Positions 9,172 to 16,748 of a DNA stretch of 64,000 bases are shown here, in pieces; the first letter of the stretch is position 1, and every line of letters starts with the position of its first letter. A program made the position numbers and the translations under genes. Below the pieces are notes generated by a model, which saw nothing but the letters and a program-made list of their open reading frames with translations, did not search any database and was not told where the DNA came from. This DNA comes from an uncultured Selenomonas sp. Its GTDB lineage: Bacteria; Bacillota; Negativicutes; Selenomonadales; Selenomonadaceae. Location of the stretch: NCBI RefSeq assembly GCF_963555475.1, contig NZ_CAUVVR010000001.1. The stretch is one strand, 5' to 3'.

Positions 9172-9258
9172 ATACGGTATTCCGAAACATTTTCAAATCC
9201 ATTGTTGACTATTTCGGAATACCGTATTATTATATAAACATGATACGGTATTCCGAAA
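9172..9258. promoter_or_regulatory. Three copies of a 16-bp operator ATACGGTATTCCGAAA in the divergent immunity region
   Basis: Exact copies at 9172-9187 (+), 9212-9227 (inverted) and 9243-9258 (+). Centre-to-centre spacings are ~40 and ~31 bp. The middle copy fills the spacer of the rightward promoter. Confidence 0.7.
9205..9233 (+). promoter_or_regulatory. Candidate rightward early promoter (PR-like)
   Basis: TTGACT (9205-9210), 17-nt spacer that is entirely operator copy 2, TATTAT (9228-9233). Confidence 0.6.
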
Positions 9259-9274
9259 TAAAGGGGGCGTTTGT

Positions 9275-9523
9275 TTGTTTCCAAACTGGAAAGCCGAAAT
9301 GTCGCGCTTAGGTGTGACCTGCGCGGATATAGGCAAAGTTCTCGGTAAATCTTCTGAGTGGGTTGAAAACAGATTACAGGGAAAGGCATCTCTTCCAATA
9401 TCAGCAGCGATGTTGATTCGTAACACTTTCTTTGGGACTTTGTCCTATGATTATCTGTTTTCAGATAAACCCGTCCTGCCAGTAGACAGCGGGGATCAAA
9501 TTAACAACCGCGAGAGGAGGTGA
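9275..9523 (+). CDS. Cro-like small HTH regulator
   Basis: 82 aa. LGVTCADIGKVLGKSSEWVENRLQGK helix-turn-helix. First gene of the rightward operon. TTG 9275 lies 8 nt after GGGGG; ATG 9299 is an alternative start. Confidence 0.6.
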   Translation: MFPNWKAEMSRLGVTCADIGKVLGKSSEWVENRLQGKASLPISAAMLIRNTFFGTLSYDYLFSDKPVLPVDSGDQINNRERR

Positions 9524-9527
9524 CGTA

Positions 9528-9869
9528 ATGACAAATGCTAATCCGTTCGATGCGCTGCGGGACGAGCTTTCGGAGATCATCCGCAGCATCGTCCGTGAGG
9601 AGCTGCAAAAGCTCAAAGCAGAGCAGTCCAAGGATGCGCAGCCCGCAGCACAAGAGGATGACAGACTTGTCGGACGCGAGGAGATCGCGCGACGGCTGGA
9701 CATCACGCCCGATGTTGTGACGGCGAAGATGGGGCGCGGCGAGCTGGTCTGGACGATCGACCCGATCAGCGGGCAGCGCAAAATGAAGAAGTCCTGGTTG
9801 GATGCACTTATTAGAGATATGCCCGCCTATCGCGGACTGCTGAGCGCAAGAAAGGAGGCGGTCGCATGA
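9528..9869 (+). CDS. HTH (excisionase/HTH_17-like) DNA-binding protein
   Basis: 113 aa. C-terminal LVGREEIARRLDITPDVVTAKMGRGELVWTIDPISGQRKMKKSWLDALI resembles MerR/excisionase-type winged HTH. Function not established. Confidence 0.5.
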   Translation: MTNANPFDALRDELSEIIRSIVREELQKLKAEQSKDAQPAAQEDDRLVGREEIARRLDITPDVVTAKMGRGELVWTIDPISGQRKMKKSWLDALIRDMPAYRGLLSARKEAVA

Positions 9870-10174
9870 CTGGGGAGAAGGCTGTCGCAGGCGCGGCAAT
9901 CGCACTTGCTGCAATCCTCTGTGCGGGGGCAGCAACACATGACGGCGGCAAGAACGCCGTCCTTGTCGAAGAGACATACGTCGTCAAGAGTGGCGATACG
10001 CTCTGGGACATCGCTGAAACGTACCTCGCCAAGAACACGGGGGCGCGACGTTACATCCTCGAGTATAAGGAAGGAATCTACGAAAATAACCCTTGGCTTG
10101 TGGAGCGCAAGGGACTAATCCAGCCCGGTGATCAGCTGGTCTTGACCTACTGGAAGAAAGGAGACAGTAAATGA
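9866..10174 (+). CDS. LysM-domain protein with N-terminal hydrophobic segment
   Basis: AVAGAAIALAAILCAGAA anchor/signal, then LysM YVVKSGDTLWDIAETYLAKN...GLIQPGDQLVLTY. Confidence 0.7.
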   Translation: MTGEKAVAGAAIALAAILCAGAATHDGGKNAVLVEETYVVKSGDTLWDIAETYLAKNTGARRYILEYKEGIYENNPWLVERKGLIQPGDQLVLTYWKKGDSK

Positions 10175-10350
10175 GCGAATGGAGAATCTCAAGTATGTAC
10201 CTTGGCGGCAAGAAGGTGTATCAGGTCTACCGCATCAAGGACATGCGCGTTGTCGATCACAGCGGCAACCGCGAATATGCGGGTGAACTGATGCACGATG
10301 AACGTGAGGCGATGGAACATGCGGAGAAGCTGAACCGTGAACAGGCATAA
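10171..10350 (+). CDS. Small hypothetical protein (59 aa, below ORF-track cutoff)
   Basis: ATG 10171 overlaps the upstream stop as ATGA. Translation MSEWRISSMYLGGKKVYQVYRIKDMRVVDHSGNREYAGELMHDEREAMEHAEKLNREQA, in the same orientation as the operon. It fills an otherwise empty 270-nt gap. Confidence 0.5.
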   Translation: MSEWRISSMYLGGKKVYQVYRIKDMRVVDHSGNREYAGELMHDEREAMEHAEKLNREQA

Positions 10351-10443
10351 GAAAAAAAAAGAACCCGCAGCAGCCGAAGCCAATGCGGGCGACAAGAAAG
10401 ACTTACAGACACAGTATAACACAACTCAAGGAGGATTTACAAC

Positions 10444-11001
10444 ATGACGATCAATATCAACTTGACAGGCATGGATCTCGCGGGGGCTCAGAAGGACGCC
10501 ATCGCTAATCTCATCTGCTCACTGCAGGCACTCAGCGCCTCCACGGGAATCAAGAGCGAGATCTCAGCGAGCTCGGAAATCGGCACGGAGATCGACCTCC
10601 CCGATGTACCGCACAAGACGAAGTCCTCGGAGACGGTCATCGTGCCCGACAAGGTCTACAAGGATGAGCCCATCCCCGCAAAACCCAAAGCAAAAACAAA
10701 GCCCGCACCTGCGCAGGCTCCCGAGCCCGAGACGAATAGTGCGGAGGAAGTCGCTGCAGAGGAAGAGACACCGCTGCTTGAAGAGGCAGCAGAGGACAGC
10801 ACCGCCGCCCCCGCTCCCAACGATGCAGAGACAGACTACAAGAAGCTCCGTGAGACAGTGAAAGCGGAGTGCGCCGCGATCGCACGCAGCGGCAAGTCCA
10901 AGGCGCTCAAGACACTCCTCGCAGACCGTGGCGTTGAGAAACTCAGCGAAATCTCGGACGCCGCGCTTGAGGACTTCCTTAAAGCGGCGCGGGCGCTCTG
11001 A
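10444..11001 (+). CDS. Hypothetical acidic/proline-rich early protein
   Basis: 185 aa. RBS aaggagg. Low-complexity PEPE/KPKAK middle and helical C-terminus. The stop overlaps the next start (TGATG). Confidence 0.55.
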   Translation: MTININLTGMDLAGAQKDAIANLICSLQALSASTGIKSEISASSEIGTEIDLPDVPHKTKSSETVIVPDKVYKDEPIPAKPKAKTKPAPAQAPEPETNSAEEVAAEEETPLLEEAAEDSTAAPAPNDAETDYKKLRETVKAECAAIARSGKSKALKTLLADRGVEKLSEISDAALEDFLKAARAL

Positions 11002-12149
11002 TGGCACACGCAGTTCTGAGCGCCTCGGGGAGTAAGCGTTGGCTCTCCTGCCCGCCGTCCGCCCGTCTCGAACGGAAATTCCCGGACAAGGCGGGCGAAG
11101 CTGCGCAGGAGGGAACGCTTGTCCACTCACTCGCAGAGGCGCGGATCCGGCACTGGCTCGGTGAGATATCCGAGAACGGCCTGGCACTCCGTATTGACAG
11201 CATCCGACATGACGCGCTCTACTCCCCCGAGATGGGTGAGTACGTCAGTGAGTACGTTGATCTCTGTATCGAGAAGATCAACGAGGCACAGGGCATCGCC
11301 CTCGTTGAGGAACGGCTGGACTTCAGTCGCTGGGTCAAAAATGGATTCGGCACAGGGGATATGGTCATCATCGGTGACGGCGTCCTTGAGATCGTTGATC
11401 TCAAGTATGGTAAGGGCGTCCCGGTCTCCGCTGAGAGCAACACACAGATGCAGCTCTACGCGCTCGGCGCGATCGAGCAGTACGGCTACATCTACGATTT
11501 TAACCACGTCCGCATGTCCATCTTCCAGCCGCGCAACGGCGGACTCTCAACGCAGCTCATGTCCGTTGCCGAGCTCCTTGCGTGGGGTGAGAGCATCAAG
11601 CCGATCGCAGAGCTCGCCTACGAGGGCAAAGGAGAGTTCAAGGCGGGTGATCACTGCAGGTTCTGCCGTGCAGCCGCACAGTGCAAGGCTCTGTCAGAGT
11701 ATAACATGGAGATCGCAAAACTCGAGTTCCGGGACGTCGATCTTCTCACGGATGACGAGGTGTCATCCGTGTTGGAACGTGTCGACGGGCTTGTGCGGTA
11801 TGCCGAGAAGATCAAGACATTTGCCCTTGAGGAAGCGCTCAAGGGGCAGCGATGGCCCGGCTTTAAGGTCGTTGAGGGACGCAGCAATCGGAAAATTACG
11901 GACGAGGCAAAGGCCGTCAAGCTCCTGCGCAAGGCAGGGTACGCCGATGATGTGATCTACAAGCCCCTAGAGATACAGACCATCACCGACCTCGAGAAAA
12001 CCATCACAAAGAAGAAATTCGGCGAGATCCTCGGGAGCGTCGTCGAGAAGCCGCCGGGTAAGCCAACGCTTGTGCCGGAGGATGATAAACGACCGGAATA
12101 TGATCCGGTGCAGTCAGAATTTGAAGTTATGGAGGAAGAAGATCAATGA
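11001..12149 (+). CDS. DUF2800-type PD-(D/E)XK (Cas4/RecB-like) nuclease
   Basis: N-terminus HAVLSASGSKRWLSCPPSARLE is typical of DUF2800. Nuclease core GTGDMVII...EIVDLKYGKG. C-terminal cysteine cluster CRFCRAAAQCKA. Confidence 0.8.
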   Translation: MAHAVLSASGSKRWLSCPPSARLERKFPDKAGEAAQEGTLVHSLAEARIRHWLGEISENGLALRIDSIRHDALYSPEMGEYVSEYVDLCIEKINEAQGIALVEERLDFSRWVKNGFGTGDMVIIGDGVLEIVDLKYGKGVPVSAESNTQMQLYALGAIEQYGYIYDFNHVRMSIFQPRNGGLSTQLMSVAELLAWGESIKPIAELAYEGKGEFKAGDHCRFCRAAAQCKALSEYNMEIAKLEFRDVDLLTDDEVSSVLERVDGLVRYAEKIKTFALEEALKGQRWPGFKVVEGRSNRKITDEAKAVKLLRKAGYADDVIYKPLEIQTITDLEKTITKKKFGEILGSVVEKPPGKPTLVPEDDKRPEYDPVQSEFEVMEEEDQ

Positions 12150-12706
12150 GCAGAATCGTTATCAAGAATGTCCGTCTCTCGTATGCGAATATCTGGGAGC
12201 CGAAGCGGATGCAGAATGACAAGGACGGAAAGATGCGCTACAGCGCATCGCTCCTCATCAGCAAGGACGACACCAAGACCATCAAGGCGATCAACAAAGC
12301 CATCGAGGAGGCGAAGGTCGAGGGCAAAGCGAAGCTCGCCAACAAGAACGGCGTCGTCCCGAAGAACCTCAAGCTCCCGCTGCGTGACGGCGATGAGGAT
12401 CGCCCGGACGATGATGCGTACGCAGGATGCTATTTTCTCAACGCCAATGCAAGCGCGGACCACCCGCCTAAGATCGTCGACCGCCGTGTTGAGCCAGTTA
12501 TGGATCGCTCGGAGGTGTACTCTGGGTGCTACGCCAACGTCAGCGTCACGTTCTTCGCGTTCAACACGCAGGGCAATGTCGGTATCGGATGCGGGCTCGG
12601 CAACATCCAGAAGGTGCGCGACGGCGATCACCTGACAGGCGAACGCTCTGCCGACGAGGACTTCGAGGATCTCGGCGGGGATGATGACGACGATTTTCTC
12701 AGCTGA
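12146..12706 (+). CDS. DUF2815-type putative single-stranded-DNA-binding protein
   Basis: NVRLSYANIWEPK N-terminus as in DUF2815. SSB-like acidic C-terminal tip GGDDDDDFLS. Confidence 0.75.
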   Translation: MSRIVIKNVRLSYANIWEPKRMQNDKDGKMRYSASLLISKDDTKTIKAINKAIEEAKVEGKAKLANKNGVVPKNLKLPLRDGDEDRPDDDAYAGCYFLNANASADHPPKIVDRRVEPVMDRSEVYSGCYANVSVTFFAFNTQGNVGIGCGLGNIQKVRDGDHLTGERSADEDFEDLGGDDDDDFLS

Positions 12707-12760
12707 TCGATAGAGCGGAGCCCGTGCGGAATATCCGTACGGGCTCTTAGAGGTATTCAG

Positions 12761-14734
12761 ATGATACTATCCATTGACATAGAGACTTACAGCGATCTCG
12801 ACATTAAGAAGGTCGGGGGGTACAAATACGCCGAGAACTGCGAGGTGCTGCTCTTCGCGTATGCGTGGGACGATGCACCCGTGCAGATCGTGGACTTCAC
12901 AGCGGGCGAAGAGCTCCCGGATGATGTTCTCTTTGCCCTTACCGACAATATGGTAACGAAATGCGCTTATAACGCGCAGTTCGAGCGCACGGTGCTCAGT
13001 CATTTCCTGCACCGCCGTAGCCCTGACGTGCCGTTTCAGTTCCTCGACCCCGCAGGATGGTCATGCACGATGGTACACGCTCTGACACTCGGGCTCCCCG
13101 GAAGCCTCGACATGGCGTCAAAGGCGCTGCGCCTCGCAGATGACAAGGCGAAGATGAGCGTCGGAAAACAGCTCATCACGTATTTTTGTAGGCCCTGCAA
13201 GCCGACGAAGGTCAACGGCGGCCGCGAAAGAAACCTGCCGGAGCACGCGCCGGAGAAATGGGCGACATTCAAGGAGTACTGCGTGCGCGACGTTGTGGCC
13301 GAGCGAGAGATCCGCCGGCGTCTCTCCAATTTCCCGGTACGGGTGGAGGAACAGCTGCTGTGGGAGCTCGATCAGTGCATCAACGATCGAGGCGTCAGCA
13401 TCGATGCGCAGCTCGTGTCTAAGGCGATTGGCTTTGACGCAGACTTCAAGGGACGCGTCATCGCACACGCCAAAGCACTTACGAGCTTACCAAATCCCGC
13501 GAGCGGCGAACAGCTCAAACGCTGGATCGAGCAAGAGGAGGGATTTTTCCCAGCATCGATCACGAAGGATAATTTACCGGAGCTCATGACGCAGGTGCAG
13601 AAGCCCGCGGTCAAGGAGATGCTGCGCCTCAAACAGCTTATGTCCAAGACCTCTGTCAAAAAGTATGAGGCGATGCAGCGGGCGCGCTGCGACGATAGCC
13701 GCGTACACGGACTGCTCCAATTTTACGGAGCGAATCGGACGGGTCGCTGGGCAGGGAGACTCGTGCAGGTACAAAACCTGCCGCGCAACTCTATGACCGA
13801 GCTTGACGATGCGCGGGAGCTCTTACGCAGAGGAGATACGGATGCCATCGAGATGATCTATGACCATCCGCTTGACGTTTTGTCACAGCTCATCCGTACC
13901 GCATTTGTACCGCGCGATGGGTACCGCTTTATAGTCGCTGACTTCTCAGCGATCGAGGCGCGTGTGATTGCCTGGCTCGCCGGAGAAAAGTGGCGCATGG
14001 ACGTTTTCGCCGACGGCGGGGACATCTACTGCGCATCAGCGTCCAAGATGTTCGGGGTGCCGGTCGAAAAGCACGGCATCAACAGTCATCTGCGGCAGAA
14101 AGGAAAGATTGCAGAGCTCGCCCTTGGGTATCAAGGCAGCATCGGCGCACTCAAAGCGATGGGCGCGGATAAGCTCGGGCTCAGTGACGAGGAGCTGCAG
14201 GAGATTGTCAATAGCTGGCGCAAGGCCAGCCCGCACATCAAACAGCTCTGGTACGACGTAGACGCAGCTGCTCTCGAGGCGGTTCGTGAGTGCAGGGCGG
14301 TGACACTGCACCACGGTGTCGCATTTTCGTACCGTAAAGGCATCCTGTTTCTCCGGCTTCCCTGGGGGCGCAAACTTGCATATGTACGTCCAAAGATCGA
14401 AGTCGAACCCGAATTTGACCGCGAAGGGCTGACCTATGAAGGCTCAGAGCAGACATCGGGCAAATGGACGCGTCTGCGCACCTACGGCGGCAAACTTGTC
14501 GAGAACATCGTCCAGGCAATCGCACGGGACTGTCTCGCCGCTGCCATGACACGCCTCGAGGCGGAAGGGTATCAAATTGTTATGCACATCCACGATGAGG
14601 TCGTGATCGAGTGCCCCGCCGATGCATGCGATCTGGACAATGTGTGTCGGATTATGGGGCAGCCGATTGACTGGGCGCCGGGGCTGATCCTGACCGCCGA
14701 CGGATACGTTACAGACTACTACAAGAAAGACTAG
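12761..14734 (+). CDS. Family A DNA polymerase with 3-prime-5-prime exonuclease domain
   Basis: Exo I SIDIETYS, motif B RQKGKIAELALGYQGS, motif C MHIHDEVVIE. 657 aa. Confidence 0.92.
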   Translation: MILSIDIETYSDLDIKKVGGYKYAENCEVLLFAYAWDDAPVQIVDFTAGEELPDDVLFALTDNMVTKCAYNAQFERTVLSHFLHRRSPDVPFQFLDPAGWSCTMVHALTLGLPGSLDMASKALRLADDKAKMSVGKQLITYFCRPCKPTKVNGGRERNLPEHAPEKWATFKEYCVRDVVAEREIRRRLSNFPVRVEEQLLWELDQCINDRGVSIDAQLVSKAIGFDADFKGRVIAHAKALTSLPNPASGEQLKRWIEQEEGFFPASITKDNLPELMTQVQKPAVKEMLRLKQLMSKTSVKKYEAMQRARCDDSRVHGLLQFYGANRTGRWAGRLVQVQNLPRNSMTELDDARELLRRGDTDAIEMIYDHPLDVLSQLIRTAFVPRDGYRFIVADFSAIEARVIAWLAGEKWRMDVFADGGDIYCASASKMFGVPVEKHGINSHLRQKGKIAELALGYQGSIGALKAMGADKLGLSDEELQEIVNSWRKASPHIKQLWYDVDAAALEAVRECRAVTLHHGVAFSYRKGILFLRLPWGRKLAYVRPKIEVEPEFDREGLTYEGSEQTSGKWTRLRTYGGKLVENIVQAIARDCLAAAMTRLEAEGYQIVMHIHDEVVIECPADACDLDNVCRIMGQPIDWAPGLILTADGYVTDYYKKD

Positions 14735-14746
14735 GAGGACTTACAA

Positions 14747-15097
14747 ATGATTAAATCACAGATGGATCGGCAGCTCGGTGTACTGAAGGAACTCGACGAT
14801 CTGCTCACACGGTCGGATGCAGAGGGGCAGACGGGTACGGCATCCGCCGAGGATGTGGATCACCTGCGCGGCTATGTTGCCGATATGCGGCGCGCATGCA
14901 ACGTCGCGATCGCACTTGAGACTGCGCTGACGCCTCCGAAAGCAGAGAAGAAAGCAGAGCCCGCAGCAGAAGAGAAACCTGCAAAACGGAAGTCTCGTGC
15001 AAAGAAGGCAGAGCCGAAAACGGAAGCCCTTCCCGTGGATGTCCCTATGCCAGAGACTGCCGAAGCTGAGGACGACGATCTCAGCTTCCTGGACTGA
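14747..15097 (+). CDS. Hypothetical protein with SSB-like acidic C-terminal tip
   Basis: 116 aa. Lys/Ala/Glu/Pro-rich linker, ending AEAEDDDLSFLD. Confidence 0.55.
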   Translation: MIKSQMDRQLGVLKELDDLLTRSDAEGQTGTASAEDVDHLRGYVADMRRACNVAIALETALTPPKAEKKAEPAAEEKPAKRKSRAKKAEPKTEALPVDVPMPETAEAEDDDLSFLD

Positions 15098-15109
15098 TGG
15101 GAGGCACTT

Positions 15110-16723
15110 ATGCAGATTGCACAAGTATCGATCCCGCGAATGTTTGAGTCGTACACAGCCTCCTCTGAGGACTACAACCCCGACGAGCTGATCTTCCGCT
15201 GTATGCACTGCGGTCACGACTTTAGGATCCTTGATCGACGTAACGGACAGTACTATCCCGTAACAGTATTTTGCCCGCAGTGCCGGATGCTTCTCCACTA
15301 CGACGCGCGAAACAGCGATAATGTCTGGGCGCACTACAACAAAGTTGTTCCGGTCACAATGTTTCTGTACCTCCACGAACACAAGGACTTCGTCAAACTG
15401 GCGGTGTATGGAAAAGGGCTGTCGCCCGCTCCGCGCGGCTCTCTGGAATATTGGCAGGAGTACTCATATAAAGAGGAGTTCCGCTTTGATGTGAAACGGC
15501 GCAGAACTATTTGGACGCAGCACGTCAAGGGGGAATCGCGGCAAATGGAACTCTGCGACCCAAAGGTGCTGATCGAGCTCGGACAGTCGTCGATGATTCG
15601 CTATCTCTACACGCATTTCAGCATTGCGAAGCATAAGTCCGAGGTGCTCAATCTCCTGCGTCTTCTCCGAGAGACCGTCCGGAGGAAACTGGAGCAGCGC
15701 GTCGGGCATAAAGTATCCTCATTCTTTTGTCCGGCGGGAAGCTCTGCCGGCTGGTTGCTTCTCCCGATCGGGAACATCGCCTATCGGGTGGTGTTCAAAG
15801 ATGCGTCGAACCTGCCTGCGAATCTGCGAAAGCTCAATACAATCGCGGGGAGAAACAATGTCGCGCAGCTGGGTCGTTTCCCGGAAAATACTGAACTCGA
15901 AGTCATCCGGCGTGCAAAAGATACCGTCACAGGAATGATCGCCGCCGCAGGTCTCCCGGATACGCGCTCTGTGCGCCGCGCGCTCACAAAGGATGCGTTC
16001 TGTCTGCAGCGTCTAGTGTTCCTGCACCAGCTCTTCGACCGTTCCGACCTTGCGATGCAGGCGTTTCCATTGTTCGGGAACTACGAGGGCGGTGAGCAGC
16101 GGGTCTATCCTCTTAATGACACACTGTTGCAGCTCAAGGAGTTTTACACGGGCGCGGAGATCCTGCGCTTCCTGCGCCGCAGTTCTGAGCACACTGTGCG
16201 GGACTCCCTGCAGATGCTTCGCTTTCTGGGGAATACGTCCTATGCGGAACTCCGACGTCGCCCGCCGAAAATTCGAAAACTGCATGATACGCTTGTCGCA
16301 CTGCATCATAAGGAGCGGTATCCGGACTACACCTTTGATAACGAGACCGCGCCGATTCGTCGGCGCCTTGCGATGCAGCAGGACCGCATACAATTCTTCC
16401 TGCCGGACTGCTCAAAGGTTCTCTATGACGCAGGAAAAACACTGCACAACTGCGTCGGGACGTACGCGCAGAGAGTTCGAAAGGGGGAAACACACATCGT
16501 CCTCATGTCGGATGATCGGGGCAAGCTAGTCGCGTGCATCGAGGTTACGGACGGTGCGATCAAACAAGCAAAGCTCGACTGCAATCAGCCGGTGCACAAA
16601 AAACCGGAGGTCAATGCCGAGATTATCGCGTGGGCTGCGCAGGTAGGCATTACATACGACCACTGCGCAGACATCGATGCACGGACTCGGATGACAGAGA
16701 CAGCGATCGCAATGACGGCATAG
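15110..16723 (+). CDS. PcfJ-like protein with N-terminal zinc ribbon
   Basis: CMHCGHDF...FCPQCRM near the N-terminus. C-terminal LHNCVGTYAQRVRKGETHIVLMSDDRGKLVACIEV...IKQAKLDCNQP resembles the PcfJ-like domain. Confidence 0.6.
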   Translation: MQIAQVSIPRMFESYTASSEDYNPDELIFRCMHCGHDFRILDRRNGQYYPVTVFCPQCRMLLHYDARNSDNVWAHYNKVVPVTMFLYLHEHKDFVKLAVYGKGLSPAPRGSLEYWQEYSYKEEFRFDVKRRRTIWTQHVKGESRQMELCDPKVLIELGQSSMIRYLYTHFSIAKHKSEVLNLLRLLRETVRRKLEQRVGHKVSSFFCPAGSSAGWLLLPIGNIAYRVVFKDASNLPANLRKLNTIAGRNNVAQLGRFPENTELEVIRRAKDTVTGMIAAAGLPDTRSVRRALTKDAFCLQRLVFLHQLFDRSDLAMQAFPLFGNYEGGEQRVYPLNDTLLQLKEFYTGAEILRFLRRSSEHTVRDSLQMLRFLGNTSYAELRRRPPKIRKLHDTLVALHHKERYPDYTFDNETAPIRRRLAMQQDRIQFFLPDCSKVLYDAGKTLHNCVGTYAQRVRKGETHIVLMSDDRGKLVACIEVTDGAIKQAKLDCNQPVHKKPEVNAEIIAWAAQVGITYDHCADIDARTRMTETAIAMTA

Positions 16724-16748
16724 GAGGGATCAGCATGGGTGGATCCTC

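Noticed and set aside
10189-10422. 77-aa minus-strand ORF in the early region
   Set aside because: It opposes the entire rightward operon and overlaps a translationally coupled plus-strand 59-aa ORF that fits the operon better.
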